Of a stretch of DNA of 64,000 bases, positions 12,811 to 25,438 are shown piece by piece. The translations under genes and the position numbers were made by a program. Location: contig NW_024704742.1 of the NCBI RefSeq assembly GCF_018977255.1, positions 136,030,001 to 136,094,000 on the forward strand, read 5' to 3'. A model generated the notes under the pieces. That model searched no databases. It worked only from the letters and a program-made list of their open reading frames with translations, and was not told where the DNA came from. How positions within the stretch are numbered: position 1 is the stretch's first letter; each line of letters opens with the position of its first letter. This DNA comes from Callorhinchus milii. Taxonomy: Eukaryota.

Positions 12811-13534
12811 CGCGTGCACCAAGTGACTGCTGCAGAATGGAAGCAGTGACTCACACAGCACTCACTTGGGTTTGTTTAGCTCCCGGCCACACAAAACCTG
12901 AACATTTTGTCAGTAAGTGAAGCAACTAACTAATTAGCTGATCGTTAAACCAACATAAACCACCCCCCACCACTCAGGGTTTTCGGGAGATGATAAGTGA
13001 AGGATGGAGCGGCACTATAATAATAATAATAATCCTTACTAATAGAGCGCCCTATCACATCTTCGAGACATCTCAAAGCGCTTCCCGGAATATAATGTAA
13101 AGTGAATCGATGGTATATTTTGCGGCAGCTAATTGCGCACAGTGGTATCCCTGTAAAACCCACCCAGAGACCTCCTTCCCAAACTGACATAGTTGTTGCC
13201 TCAATGCAATTGTTCCGAGATGCAGAGCAATCGTTCACTGATCTCTGCTGCTCACTTTAAGCGCTTCAGAGCACATAAGGATTTGGGGAAATCGTAATGT
13301 CAAACTACTTCAACTGTTCTGTTCTATACCTCGCTCTTCTCACAGATCCCCCCACCCCAGCTTGGTTTCAGATTTTCTTTTACATTTTTGATCAATAATA
13401 TTGATTTTGTGTTAATCTGGATTTTTAGCCAATTTTTCGACTACAAAATGTCCGACTCCCAGGCCCAGAGGTCATCATGGACACATTTGCTGTGCGATCC
13501 ACATGGGCGTCCCCATTCTGGGGCAACAATACAA

Positions 13535-14160
13535 CTCAACAACAACTTGCATTTATACAGGGCTCTTCACACAGGGTAGCATTTTGACGCACTTAACAGT
13601 GGCAAAGCTTGATCCCAAGGGGCAGGTGACCGTAGGCACGGTCGATGAGGAAGATCTTCGGATGTGATCTGAAGATGGGCAAAAAAAGGAGCAATGCAAT
13701 GGGATTGAGGCAGAGGGTTCCATAGTTTCGGAGTGTAGTGGCTGAAGCATGTCCGTGGTGCTTACTGGAATTTGTGGATAGTGGAGCTGGGGAGACCGGT
13801 GAGGAGGGCATTGGAATAAAACAGGCTAGAGGTGACAAATGCGTGGGTGAGTGTTTCCGCTGGGTTGGTGTGAGGTGCGGTCACAGGCTGGCAATGTGAC
13901 GGAGGTGGAGGAAAGTGTCCCTGGTCAGGGACTGGATGTGGAGTAGGAAGAACAGTTGTGGGTCGAACCTGATGCTTAGATTACTTACAGGTTAGGTAAG
14001 TCTGAGGGATAGGCTGCGGAGGTTGAGGGGTCAAAGCCGCAGGAAAGAAGACATTGACGAGAGCCAAGGAATATGGCTTCCCCCGTGTCAACATTCAAAT
14101 GCAGAAAGTTTGCACTGATCCATGCCTCGATGTCTGACGAACAAACTGACAGAAAACCCT
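13535..14160 (-). mobile_element. L2-clade LINE fragment (tail type b)
   Basis: Remnant LSVCSSDIEAWISANFLHLNVDTGEAIFLGSRQ; tail atgctaccctgtgtgaagagccctgtataaatgcaag(ttg)n. Confidence 0.8.
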
Positions 14161-14329
14161 TTGAATATAAAGTTAAAATGAGATGAAGGAGCAAAATCCT
14201 ACCTAGCGATGGCCTTGATATCTTAATATTTAAGATGGCAAAAAATAGCGGGAAACGCTTACAATCGATTCTAATTGTGGAATGAAGATTTCATTTAAGA
14301 ATTTTCCATATCTCTATGTCATTACGTGT

Positions 14330-14740
14330 CACGCTTGGCGTAGTTGCTCGTTTCACTTCTGGGTGGGAAGGTTGTGGGTTGAAGCCCCATGTTGGGACAT
14401 TGAGCTCAAAAAATAAGGCTGACACTCCACTGCAGTGCTGGGGAAGCTCTGCATTGTCAGGGGTGGCATCCTTTAGATGAGACGTTAAACTGAGATCCTA
14501 TTTGTTTAGGTGGATGTTAAAGATCCTGAAAAAGAGAAGGGAGTTTTTCCCGGTGGATTGGTCAACAATCCCTCAGATAAAATTGGTCACGCACTCCATG
14601 TGACATTGTTGCGAGCAAATTGGCTGCCATATTCACCCACAAAACAGTCATCACCTTTCACACCAAATCCTGTGAAGCATTTGAAACATCTTGTTGCTGC
14701 GAAATGTGCTGTACGAAATGCAAAGATTATTATGATTAAG
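14330..14740 (+). mobile_element. SINE B: DeuSINE (SacSINE1/AmnSINE1-like)
   Basis: ggctgacactccactgcagtgctggggaagctctgcattgtcagg...gatgagacgttaaactgagatcc...ggtggatgttaaagatcc matches the remembered Deu domain. Confidence 0.85.
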
Positions 14741-14887
14741 TGGCCCAGGGCTTTGGGAGGTCCTTCCGACGTTGTACAAATGTCATTTGTTGTAGTTGTT
14801 GATGTTGTTATAAATAAATAATTAAAAAATCCCTGATTTTAGTAGAAAAACAGTCTCACAAGCTAAGGCTAGGAGAAATCCCAGGTC

Positions 14888-15195
14888 AATAATAATAATA
14901 ATAATCCTTTAATTTGATATAACACTCTATCACTTTGTTGAGATGTCCCAAAGCTTCACAGCATATACTACCAAATGAATTGACTATTTTGTGGGCGTAA
15001 GCGACAGCCAATTTGCGCACAGCAGTGTCTCACAAACAGCCATGAAGCTAGTGACCGATTTTATTTTGGGGGATTGTTAGCCAGGACACCAGGTGAGAGA
15101 AATCCTCTTCTCTTTTCAAATAGCGCCATGGGGGTCTTTAACATCCACCTGAACAGGCAGACGGGATCTCAGTTTGACGTCTCATCTGAAGGAGG
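14888..15195 (-). mobile_element. SINE B (DeuSINE), 3' two-thirds
   Basis: Antisense Deu domain plus tail. Confidence 0.82.
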
Positions 15196-15824
15196 CCAAA
15201 GCTTTACGATTGAGGTCTGTGTTTTCCCAAAGGTGCTGAGACCCTGACAGTGATTTCAGAATGAAGTGCAGGCACTTTACACAGCGAGACGAGCGGAGAT
15301 GGTCTGGAGAACAACCCTCCCTCTCCAGAGGTCAGAGCGTGGTGGGGGCAGATGAAAGAGATCACCATGGACCTCCCACGTCAAAGAAAAGTGAACACGC
15401 TCCCTGGTTATTGCTGGTTTCAATTTGTGCCTTGCAATTGAATGTGATTGCTCGTTGCCTGCAGCCCCTCACAGCCTGGCATCTCTCAGGGCTCCAGAAA
15501 TGGAAATCAATATCACACCAGCCAGAGTCCGTCACACGCTGTTTATTCCATATTTGTTCACTGAATCTCCGTCTTCCTCGCGGATTACCGAAGCCACCAT
15601 GACAACAACTTGTGGTTATTCACTTCGGGAAATGATTATCCCACTCACTGTAACCAGGCCCCTTTGCAGATAAGCAAACTGTGTGGATAATTGGACATTG
15701 CGTAAAATACAAATTGACCACAATTCTGACTAAGAACAAGTGTTCTATCAGTATCACACTGTGCCAGCCTCTCTCTCTCTCTCTCGCTCTCTCTCCCTCA
15801 CTCCTCCTCCTCTCTCTCTCTCTC

Positions 15825-16240
15825 GCGTGTGAGAGGACCCGGGTTCGATTCCCGAGAGTTCGAAACCTTACACAAGTTTCCTTACTCCACACACCTCTAT
15901 TTACCTAAGTAGGAACCCATTTGTTAGTCGATGGGCGGATTCCTTTCTAGGGGTAATAATCCCTCCCCCCAAAATATGTGGTCACTTAATCCACGACTGT
16001 TTCTGGTTTACATCTGTGTTTTGCCCCCAAAATACACAGTTAATCCACTTTACAGTATATTCTGTGAAGCGCTTTGAGACATTTCAATGACTTATAATAA
16101 TCCTTGCATTTGATATAGCGCTTTTCACGTCTTATCGACATCTCAAAGCGCTTCACAGAATGGGCTGTAAAGTGAATTGATCGTATATTTATGGGACTTG
16201 ATAAGGTGTTGTCTCAAATCCGAGGATTAGTATCAGTAGT
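15825..16240 (+). mobile_element. SINE A with an antisense SINE A tail (16094-16194) inserted in its 3' stem-loop
   Basis: Host tail is split; GACTT is duplicated at 16089-16093 and 16195-16199. Confidence 0.82.
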
Positions 16241-16264
16241 ACCAAGATCGCAGGAGAGATTCAG

Positions 16265-16680
16265 ATCAAGAAGATGCTTATAATATAATAGTATAATAAA
16301 CCCTTCGGTCTATCTTATCTGATCCACCCAGAATATCCACCCTATTGTCCTTCCATCACAGATTTGAACTGTTTCTTAAATGAGACCTAGTGTCCTAGCC
16401 TCAACCACCCTTCCCGATAACACCCCTTCCTGTCGTTAATTATCCTAGGTGTAAAGAGTGCTTCCTGATATCTATTCTCAAATTGCTCCTCACACATCTT
16501 GAACCTGTGCCCACTTGCCTGTTGCCTTGATATATCTGAAAGTATTGTTCTGTGTTTACTTCCTCAATATCATTTACAATCCTCTACGTGTCTTTAAGGA
16601 GCTCCTCTGAGACTTCTCTTTGCAAAGCTGAAGAGCCCCAAGCTTGTCTAATCATTCAAAGCTGGTTCTTCTGACACTGA
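16265..16680 (-). mobile_element. Old CR1-type 3' fragment
   Basis: Antisense motifs ttgaacctgtgcccacttg, aatcctctacgtgtctttaagg, cttctctttgcaaagctgaagagcccc. Confidence 0.65.
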
Positions 16681-17344
16681 GTAAGGACCAAAGGCAACTC
16701 TACTTATTCAAAGTCAAGTCGGCCTCTAACCAAACAGTCACACATTAGAGCTACTTAACATTCGCTTCCGCCAAAGCCTTTACATCTCATTCCTTCAGAG
16801 TGTAGTCGATCCCCAGGCAGGATTTGACTCAATTCATCCTTAAAGGCCCCTATTGTCAGCGGTATCTTTGAGCTCTGCCTGGGTTAACCTTCATAAAGTG
16901 TCAATAATTCTCAGACAGATTGAACGCAGTGTGATATCCCATTGAAGGGTCCAGGGAATCACCTCTTGGAGACATAACATTTCTGTTCTCTGTAGCCCTT
17001 TATCCTCTCAAATGTGTGGTGTTAGCCTTGGCTCAGTTAACAACCCTTTGAACTCTGGATCAGAGGGTTTCAAGCCCCCGTGTAGGGGAAATTGAGTTCA
17101 CAGTCTAGGCTGACACTCGGGTGCTGTGCTGGGGGGAGCACTGAATTGTCAGAAGTGCCATCCTTCAAATTTTTTTTGTGGTGTAAGTTGGGAGTTGGCC
17201 TGAAGCCGCAGATAAAGAGATAGATTTTTACCTAATAATAATAATAATAATTCTTGCATTTCATGTAGCACCTTATCACGGCGTTGAGACGTCTCAATTT
17301 TTTGAGACATCTGTATTTTGTAGGCTATTGAATAGGTCTTGAAA

Positions 17345-17615
17345 GCGGAAAAAGAGGGAGGGAGGAGCAGAGGAAGAGGGGGAGTAAAGGAGGGAGGGAA
17401 GGAGGGAGGAAAGGAAGGAGGGAGGAAGGGGGGAAGGAGGGAACGGTGCAGAGGGAGTGAGGTGGAGGGAGAGAGCGAGGTGGAGGCAAGCAGCAAGGCC
17501 GGGGTATTTAACAATTCCTCCTCAATAGTTGAGGAATTTAAAGTGGAAATGAAACTGTAGGAAATTGGCGGGTGGGGTGGGGGGGGCGGTGGGTAGAGTG
17601 GGGAGGGGTGGGATT
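17345..17615 (+). repeat. Polypurine (GGAA/GGGA) tract followed by a G-run cluster
   Basis: Low-complexity sequence seen directly; at least four G-tracts at 17570-17612. Confidence 0.75.
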
Positions 17616-18164
17616 CCATGACTGCCTTGGTCACTGTATTGGGGAGGAGGAGAGAGGGAAGGAGTTCCTCGAGCAGAGAATGATTATCTGAATGAGACGT
17701 TGAATATTGTATAAAGTATGATGAAATGTTCACACAGGATCCATCTCTCTTCTGGCGTCCTCTATATCCTTCCCCTCTGCACTCCACAACCACTGCAAGC
17801 CAAAACACAGCAGATTGGTCTACCGACTTTGCCAATCCCATCTCCCTTTGGCTCGCGATGTGCAACAGGAGGGGAGTGCGAACGACTCACTCGTCAACTA
17901 AGGCTGAGAGGCTGAAGCAAAAAGCTGCAACTGAGCGAGAAAGAGAGGAAGAGAGAGAGAGTCTGTTGCCTTGTTCCTATTCTACTGAGCTGAGAAAGGC
18001 CTAGTCATTCCTCGCTGTCGCTTAGAGCAATGGCAAGGAAGATCTTGCAGTTTTATTAGTATAGCTATGATGCTTGTATTTGGTTCTATAACCTCAAAAA
18101 GTCTCCTGGTTGCCTCACCGCTTGTTTTCTGTGAAGTGCAGTGATTGCGAAGTTTTGATGGTAC

Positions 18165-18442
18165 GCTATGGGGTGTTAGCTGGCTAGACTCCAGCAGTTA
18201 CCTCAACACACACTCAGGGGTCACGCCAAGGCTTGGCTATTGCCAACCTGCGCCTAACACTCTCCGGAATTATATAAGCAGGATGTGTCCCTCCAGGCAG
18301 AGAGTGTGCATTCCATTCAAATACACAGGAATTCCCACGGATAAGTGGAACTCTTAGTCTGGTTTGGATGCTCTTAAACATATTTTGGGGGCGGGGGGTT
18401 GGTCAGCTGGGTGTCTGACACATGCGGAAACCCAACAATATG
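18165..18442 (+). repeat. Family C copy with an inverted 3' segment
   Basis: Body is collinear with the reverse complement of 42016-42275; the last ~55 bp are reversed. Confidence 0.8.
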
Positions 18443-18446
18443 CTGA

Positions 18447-18855
18447 ATCAATCAGTGTAGACGTCAGTCAGTCAGATTGGGAATCAGTCAGTCTAGACAT
18501 CAGTCTGTCAGTCTAGACATCAGTCAGTCAGATTGGGAGTCAGTCAGTCAGTCTAGACATCAGTCTGTCAGTCTAGACATCAGTCAGTCAGATTCGGAGT
18601 CAGTCAGACTAGACATCAGTCAGTCAGATTGGGCATCAGTCAGTCTAGACATCAGTCAGTCAGATTGGGCGTCAGTCAGTCAGGATTGACATCATTCAGT
18701 CAGATTGGGCGTCAGTCAGTCAGGATTGACATCAGTCAGTCAGATTAGAAGTCAGTCAGTCAGGTTAGACATCAGTCAGTCAGATTGGGCATCAGTCAGT
18801 CAGTCTAGACATCAGTCAGTCAGATTGGCAGTCAGTCAGTCCAGACATCAGTCAC
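18447..18855. repeat. (GTCA)n-based compound satellite
   Basis: GTCA tetramers punctuated by GATTGG and TAGACAT; 60-bp higher-order duplication at 18485-18604. Confidence 0.93.
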
Positions 18856-21800
18856 ACTTTGGCTGTGGGTTGCTAGGCTGGCTTTTGAGCTAATAAGGCA
18901 AAACGCTGACCCAAGAAGTTATCTGTCACAGCCTCCGCCAGTGCATTAGCTCTCTGGCTCTCTGTCAACATACAGAAGCCAACAAGGCAGATCTCCAGGC
19001 CATCGCTGACCCATCAATAATGTTCAGGAATAATGTTCTTGTCAACACTGGTCCATTCTACCCATTACAGGTTTGGCTCAGAGCTTCAGTGACGGCTGCT
19101 GAGACACCAGAAGTGTTGTGGATCACTGTGAAGTTGGCTGCTTTTTGTGCAATCTCTTCATTGCCAGCTCTTCCCCACGGAGCCTCCACTTACTTTCAGT
19201 CTCTTTTCTCACCCTCCCCTCTCATCCACTCCAGGATTACTGTTTTTCTCAGTCGGTGTCTGACACGCACAGAAACCCACCCCCTTTCCTGAGAGTCTCC
19301 AAACCAAACAGAGATAGTAACAGGAGCCAAGTGAGAAGAATTTAATAATATCACCATCAAAAGAATCCCCGACAGAGATGTCAAGATACTATTTTTTTTT
19401 ACATACACTGAAAGTTATTAGAACGTGAAACACTTGAGCAAAAACACTGCAACACAAACCACAAAGGGAATTACAGCAGAGAATTTGAACTCACATTGCA
19501 CTCTAACACTCCAGCACATTACTGGGGGGAGCATTACACTGTCAAAGGTGCAACTATCAAACCGAGGTCCCTTCTAGGTTTATTCAGGTAGACTTTCAAG
19601 ATAAATAATGACAATCATATTCCTTTCATTTGATATAGAGCCTTTCATGTCGAGAGGACATCCTAAAGTGCTGCACTGGATTTACTGTGAAGTGGAATGA
19701 CTGTGTACTTTGAGATTGAATACGGTATTTTTGTTAGGTCAGGGTATCAGGGATATGGGACCAAGTCAGGTAATTGGAGTTGAGGTACAGATCATCCATG
19801 ATCTAACAGAATGAGACTTGCCTAAGGTTTCGCCCTGCCCAGGAATCAAACCCAGATCCTCTCGCCTGCGAGGCAAGTGCTCCAAACTACAGTACAAGAC
19901 TCCAAATACACTACAGGACTCCACTTGGAGTGGAGTGGGTGTGCTGTTTCCCGCTGGTCGAAGCTAGCTTCGCTTTAAACTGCCCTTAAATAAGGAATGC
20001 CACAAATTCTACTTCACAGAGCCTTTGTCTGCTCTGTCCAAGGACCTAATAAAAAGTCGGAACATGCTTGATGGGCCAATTGGCCTCCTCCAGCTTCCAT
20101 GTTTCTATGGAGGTAAAATTTGCGGCGTTCCTTATTTAACGCAGGCTTCAAGTAACACTACTTTAAACCTTCAGCATATTTCACACTCAACAACAACAAC
20201 TTGCACTTATATAGTGTCCTCCTCGCAGGGTAGCATCTCAGAGCCCTCACTCGCCTGGCAAGCGAAAGGACCAGGGTTCGATTCCTGTTAGGGACGAAAC
20301 CTTAGGCAAGTTTCCTTGCTCCACACACCTCTGTTTACCTAGTAGTACGTAGGTACCTGGTTATTAAATCGATTGGCGGATCGAATCAAATGTCACCCCT
20401 CTTCCCTGGCCCCCTTCAAGACCCGTCTCAAGACCTTCCTCTTTGACCGTTCCTCCTTCCCCCACTGCCCTCCACCTTCCCCGATCCCGACCCCCAGCTC
20501 GGGCCCGAAACACTGATTGTCCAGCTGCTTGGGACATCCTCCCGACGTGAATGGCCCTCTACAAATGTAATGCCGTTGTTGTTGTTGTTGTTATTGTTGT
20601 AAACCAGCAGGTGGCAGCACACACACCTCCAAGTAAAGCAAAGTGGTTTCTTCCTTTAAAGATCCCAGCACCATCCAAGGCCTCCACCGCAATACATGAT
20701 CTTTCGGGCAAAATTCCTACCCAGATCAAGATTGACTCTACTTAAGTAGCATTTTGGAGATGGTTATTGGGGGGAATCTGTTCAAGTTGCACATAATTAT
20801 GAGGGGTTTGGACAGGGTAAATAGGGAGAAATTATTTCCATTGATGGGGGGAGTCAGGGACGAGGAACATAGTTATAAAATAGCCATAAGAACATCGAAA
20901 GGAGAACTTGGGAGGATATTTTTACACCAATAGTGGTGCGGAAAAGCTGTAACCCAAACGAATCTTCCTTGATAACTGTTTCATTGATATTTCAGAGGAC
21001 TGTTGGGACAAATCGAGTGCATAACAATCTGTATAATAAGAACAAAAGAACATAAGAATTTTCTACGTGAAAGAAGAGTAAGGTCCATCTTCGTTCATCT
21101 TCCATCGTATTGGCAATCGCATTCCATGTCGTGTCCCAAACTACGTATTGTAAGGCGAGATATTGTTTCCTAATAAAACAATACCTAACAAAAAAATCTA
21201 TCGAATTTGTTCTTGAAAGATTCAATGTGTTCTGCTTCCACTCTCTCCCTTTCCATCCGATTACTAGTCTCTGACTGAAGTATTGATTCTTCAGACTTGT
21301 TCTGAATTTTATAACATCCGTCAAAGAAGTGAAGGACGTTTCACTAAGGTGGGGGCGGGGGGGTGAGGGTGTGGGTGGATGGGGGAAGGAGGGTGGCGGT
21401 GGAGAGAAAGGAAAAAGATCATAATTTGAGAAAATAAAAGAATAACACTAAAAGCGTTTTATTTGGGAGAAAACGCTCAAAGCAATATTGTAGCGGCTGG
21501 AAATAACAAGGATAAAGCAGATTTTCTTTTCAAATTACACCCTGTTCCTGAATTCATCTGAATCTTGTCAGCCCTGCTCCAGAGTGATGCCACGGATTAC
21601 GACTGACACGTTTCCTGACTGATCGTAATGGAAAGTCAGATATTTGTTGAGGAAATTACAGAAACATTTACATTAGCTGCCTCCCCCTCCTCTTCCCCTG
21701 TAACACACGGTGGAGTAGCATTGACAGGTTAGCTGGTCCCTGTGGTTGGTTTTCTCTAGTGCTATTAATCTGGCATCACTTGGTGCCTTCAGTAAGTGTC

Positions 21801-21915
21801 AGTCTGGCTGTAAGGGGGACAACGAGACTTTGCGCAGTCCAGGCTGACACTCCAATTCAGTGCTGGGAGGAGCTCTGTTTTCGCATACAAAACACGCAGT
21901 CACTACACTTTATAG

Positions 21916-22233
21916 TATAATGATAATAACCCTTGCATTTGATATAGCACTTTTCACGTCTTCGAGACGTCTCAAAGCGCTTCGCAGAATATACTGTAAA
22001 GTGAATTGGCTATATATTTGTGGGTGAAACATGGCAGCCAATTGCGCACAGCAGCGTCCCACAAACAGTCGTGGATTTGAAGTGAACAATTTTCTTATTT
22101 TTTTTATTTCTTGAGGGATTATTATCAGGCGTGTGCAGCAAGGAAACTTGCCCAAGGTTTTGCCCTGCTGGGAAACGAGCCCACGTCTCTCGCTTGCGAG
22201 ACGAGTGCTCTAACCACTGAGCTACAGGACTTC
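21916..22233 (-). mobile_element. SINE A, short subfamily, full length
   Basis: Head gtcctgtagctcagtggttagagcactcg; lacks ~60 bp of the central domain; older tail loop TCGAA. Confidence 0.9.
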
Positions 22234-22269
22234 ACACTTATTATTATTATTAGATATAATGATAATAAT

Positions 22270-22612
22270 AAATATTAATAGATATAATGCCTTATCATGT
22301 CATTGAGATGTCTCAAAGCATTACACAGAATATACCGTAAAGTGAATTGAGGGTATATTTTGTGGGCGAAACATGGCAGCCAATTGCGCACAGCAGCGTC
22401 CCACAAACAGTCGTAGATTGAGTGACCAAATTATTATTATTTTTAAGGGGATTATTAGCCCCGGAAAGCGATCTGCCAATCGACTAACAACCGAGTTCCC
22501 ACTTTACTGTGAGATAAACAGAGGCGTGCGGAGTAAGCAAACTTGCCTAAGGTTTCACCATTCCTGGGAATTGAACACGGGTCCTCCACACTTGCGAGAC
22601 GAGTGCGCCAAC
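22270..22612 (-). mobile_element. SINE A, long subfamily
   Basis: Complete central domain; in tandem with the preceding copy. Confidence 0.85.
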
Positions 22613-23775
22613 ATCCTGTGAAGTGCTTTCGAGACGTCTTCCCGAAGTGAAAGACGCTGTATCAAATCTAAGGTTTTATTTTATGTGTTCGTGGTCAGAA
22701 GAGCCGACCTGCAGCTGAGATTGCGATCTCAAAGACCTGAGGTGAGGCTGGAGGGGCCTGATCTCGAGGGGAGAGTGTGACTGAGTGAGCCGGGCTGACA
22801 GAGGAACGCAGCACGCTGCTTCACATTCTGATTCCAAGCCCTGGCCCACCCTCACCCATATCACCAGCCCACAGACGTAACTCGTAACTCAAAACGCCTT
22901 CGCAAGAGGAAGCAGAGAGGAGGAGAAGGAGGAGGAGGAGGAGGAATGATTTACAGGGGAAAAGGTCGGGAATGGAAGGAGAAAGTGCTGACACAGTACA
23001 GAGCGTTGATCAGATTTGAGAAGGGATTTGGTTATGAATGTAATCGCGAGTTCCTCTCTCAAATGCCTGTTCACCTACGTACAATAAGGAAGAGGCTCAT
23101 TGTGTCTGGTTTTCTGTAGGAGCTCTCCTTTCAGTCCCACTCCTCTGCCTTAGCCCGCCTCTTCACCCCCCCACCCCCACACACACACCATTAGATTATA
23201 TTTCTGTCGCGTAGTGAAGTCCTGTAGCGTGCCCACCTAAGGAGAGAGGGAGAGAGGATCCGGTTTGATTCCCAGGCGGGGAAAAACCTTAGGCAAGTTT
23301 CCTTACTCCACACACCTCTATTTACCTAGCTATTGACGGATCACTACACTTCCAGAAAAAATCTTGCGAATCTCTGTACCAAATGAAAGGATTGTTATTA
23401 TTATAAATTATAAATTGTTATTATTATTATTATTATTAGAAAGAGCCTAACCTGATGTCCCACAAACAGCCATGGACTGAGCGACCAATTTTATTTGGGG
23501 GATTGTTGACCAGGACGCCAGGAGAGATAGAGAAACTCCCTTCTCTTTTCGAATAGCCCCATGGGAGTTTCCTTACTCCACACACGTGATAATAATCCCT
23601 CAAGGAAATAAATAAAATAACAATTTGGTTACTCAATCCACAACTGTTTGTGGGACACTGCTATGCGTAATTGGATGCCACGTTTTCCCAACAAAGGTAT
23701 AGTCAATTCACTTCACAGGATATTCTGTGAAGTGCTTTGAGACGTCTCGAAGACATGAAAAGCTCTATATCAAAT

Positions 23776-24783
23776 TGTTTACTATACTTAAAGCCCAGGA
23801 AATGCAGAATCTATTGACTATTCACCATATAAATGACATGGACTGGGGTATAGGATGTACAATTTCAAAGCTTGCAGATAACACTAAGCTAGGAAGAGTA
23901 GTATATGGTGTGGAGGATAGTAACAGACTGCAGGAGGACATAGAAAGACTTGTAAGATGGGCAGACACACGGCAGATTAAGTTGTATTCCAATAATGTGG
24001 ACTAATTTTGGGAGGAAGAATGAGGAGATGCAATATAAACAAGGGGGTAGAATCCTAAAGGGTGTGAAGGAACACAGAGACCTGAGAGTTCATATAAGCA
24101 AATCTTTGAAGGTGGCAGGACAGGGAGATAAAGCTGTTAAAAAAGCATACGGGATACTAGGCTTTATAAATAGGGACACAGAATACAAATGTTAGGAAAT
24201 TTTAATGAACCGTTATAAAACACTGGTTAGGCAAATGAGGCAAACCTCAGCCAGTTCTGGGCACCACGGAAGGATGTCAAGGCATTGGAGAGGGTGCAAA
24301 GGAGATTTACCAGGATGGTACCAGGAATGAGAGACTTCAGTTATCAGGAGAGGCGAGAGAAGCCGGGATTATTTTCCTTGGAGCAGAGAAGGTAAAGAGG
24401 AGAATTAATAAAAGTTTTTAAAATTATGAGGGGATTCGATAGGGTGAACAAGGAGAAACTATTTCCACTGGCGGGTGGGTCGGTAACCCGAGGACACCAA
24501 TTTAAAATAGTTGTTAAAAGAAACAGAGGGGAGGAGGAAATTTTTCACACAGGGAGTTGTTTGGATCTGGAATATATTGCCTGAAACGGTGATGGAAGCC
24601 AATTCGATAACAACTTTTAAAAGAGATGTAGATAATTATTTGGGGAGGACAAGTTTTGGGGAGGACAAGTTTGTAAGGCTATGGGGAGAGAGCGGGGGAG
24701 TGGTATTAATTTGGATAGGTCTTTTCAAAAAGCCGGCACAGACACGATCAGCCGAATAGCCTCCTTCTGTGCTTTATAATTCT
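23776..24783 (+). mobile_element. CR1-clade LINE, 5'-truncated ~1 kb (RT C-terminus plus 3' UTR), non-functional
   Basis: INDMDWGIGCTISKLADNTKLG...LQEDIERLVRWAD, DLRVHISKSLKVAGQ...KKAYGILGFINR, RRKFFTQGVVWIWNILPE, with frameshifts and stops; tail gccgaatagcctccttctgtgct. Confidence 0.93.
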
Positions 24784-25114
24784 AAATGCAAGGATTATTA
24801 TTATTATATCTTTCTTTTCTCCATCAATCCTCTCCCCCAGTTTCCTCCCCTCCTGATGGTATGTCACTCCTTTTTTCTTTCCACTGGGCTACTCTGTTAT
24901 GAGGGAGATTGCTGGCCAGGTCACTGGGAGAGAGAAGTTCCCTTCTCTAAAAGTCATGGCACATCAGAGGTTTAATGAACTAGTGGTACAGACTCCATTA
25001 GGTGAATGCCGTCCTTCTCTTCCTATGTTCCTAATTTTTTTGTCGTTGTTCCTGACGTAGGCACAGACTCCGAAACAAAGGAAAGTATATAATATAATTA
25101 TATAATATTGCACT

Positions 25115-25438
25115 AATATAATAGTAATCCTTGCATTTGATATAGGGATTTATCATAACATGGAGACGCCTCAAAACGCTTCATAGGATATATTGACTGT
25201 GTATCTTGGGGCAGCCCGATTCCCCACAAACAATCGTTGTTGAATGACCAATTTTTTGGGGGGAGGATTACCAGGCAAAATAATCCAACCATCTACCAAC
25301 CACCGGGTTCCTACTTACTGCTAGGAAAACAGAAGCGTGTGGAGTAAGGAAACTTGCCCAACGATTCGCCCCAGCCGGGAATCGAACTCGGGTCCTCTCA
25401 CTTGCGAGGCGAGTGCTCCAACCCCTATACAGGACTCC
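25115..25438 (-). mobile_element. SINE A (long subfamily)
   Basis: Head ends ggactcc at 25438; central domain and tail present. Confidence 0.85.

Noticed and set aside
13745..13765. REST/RE1-like site (tgtccgtggtgct) within an L2
   Set aside because: Mismatches at key positions in both half-sites.
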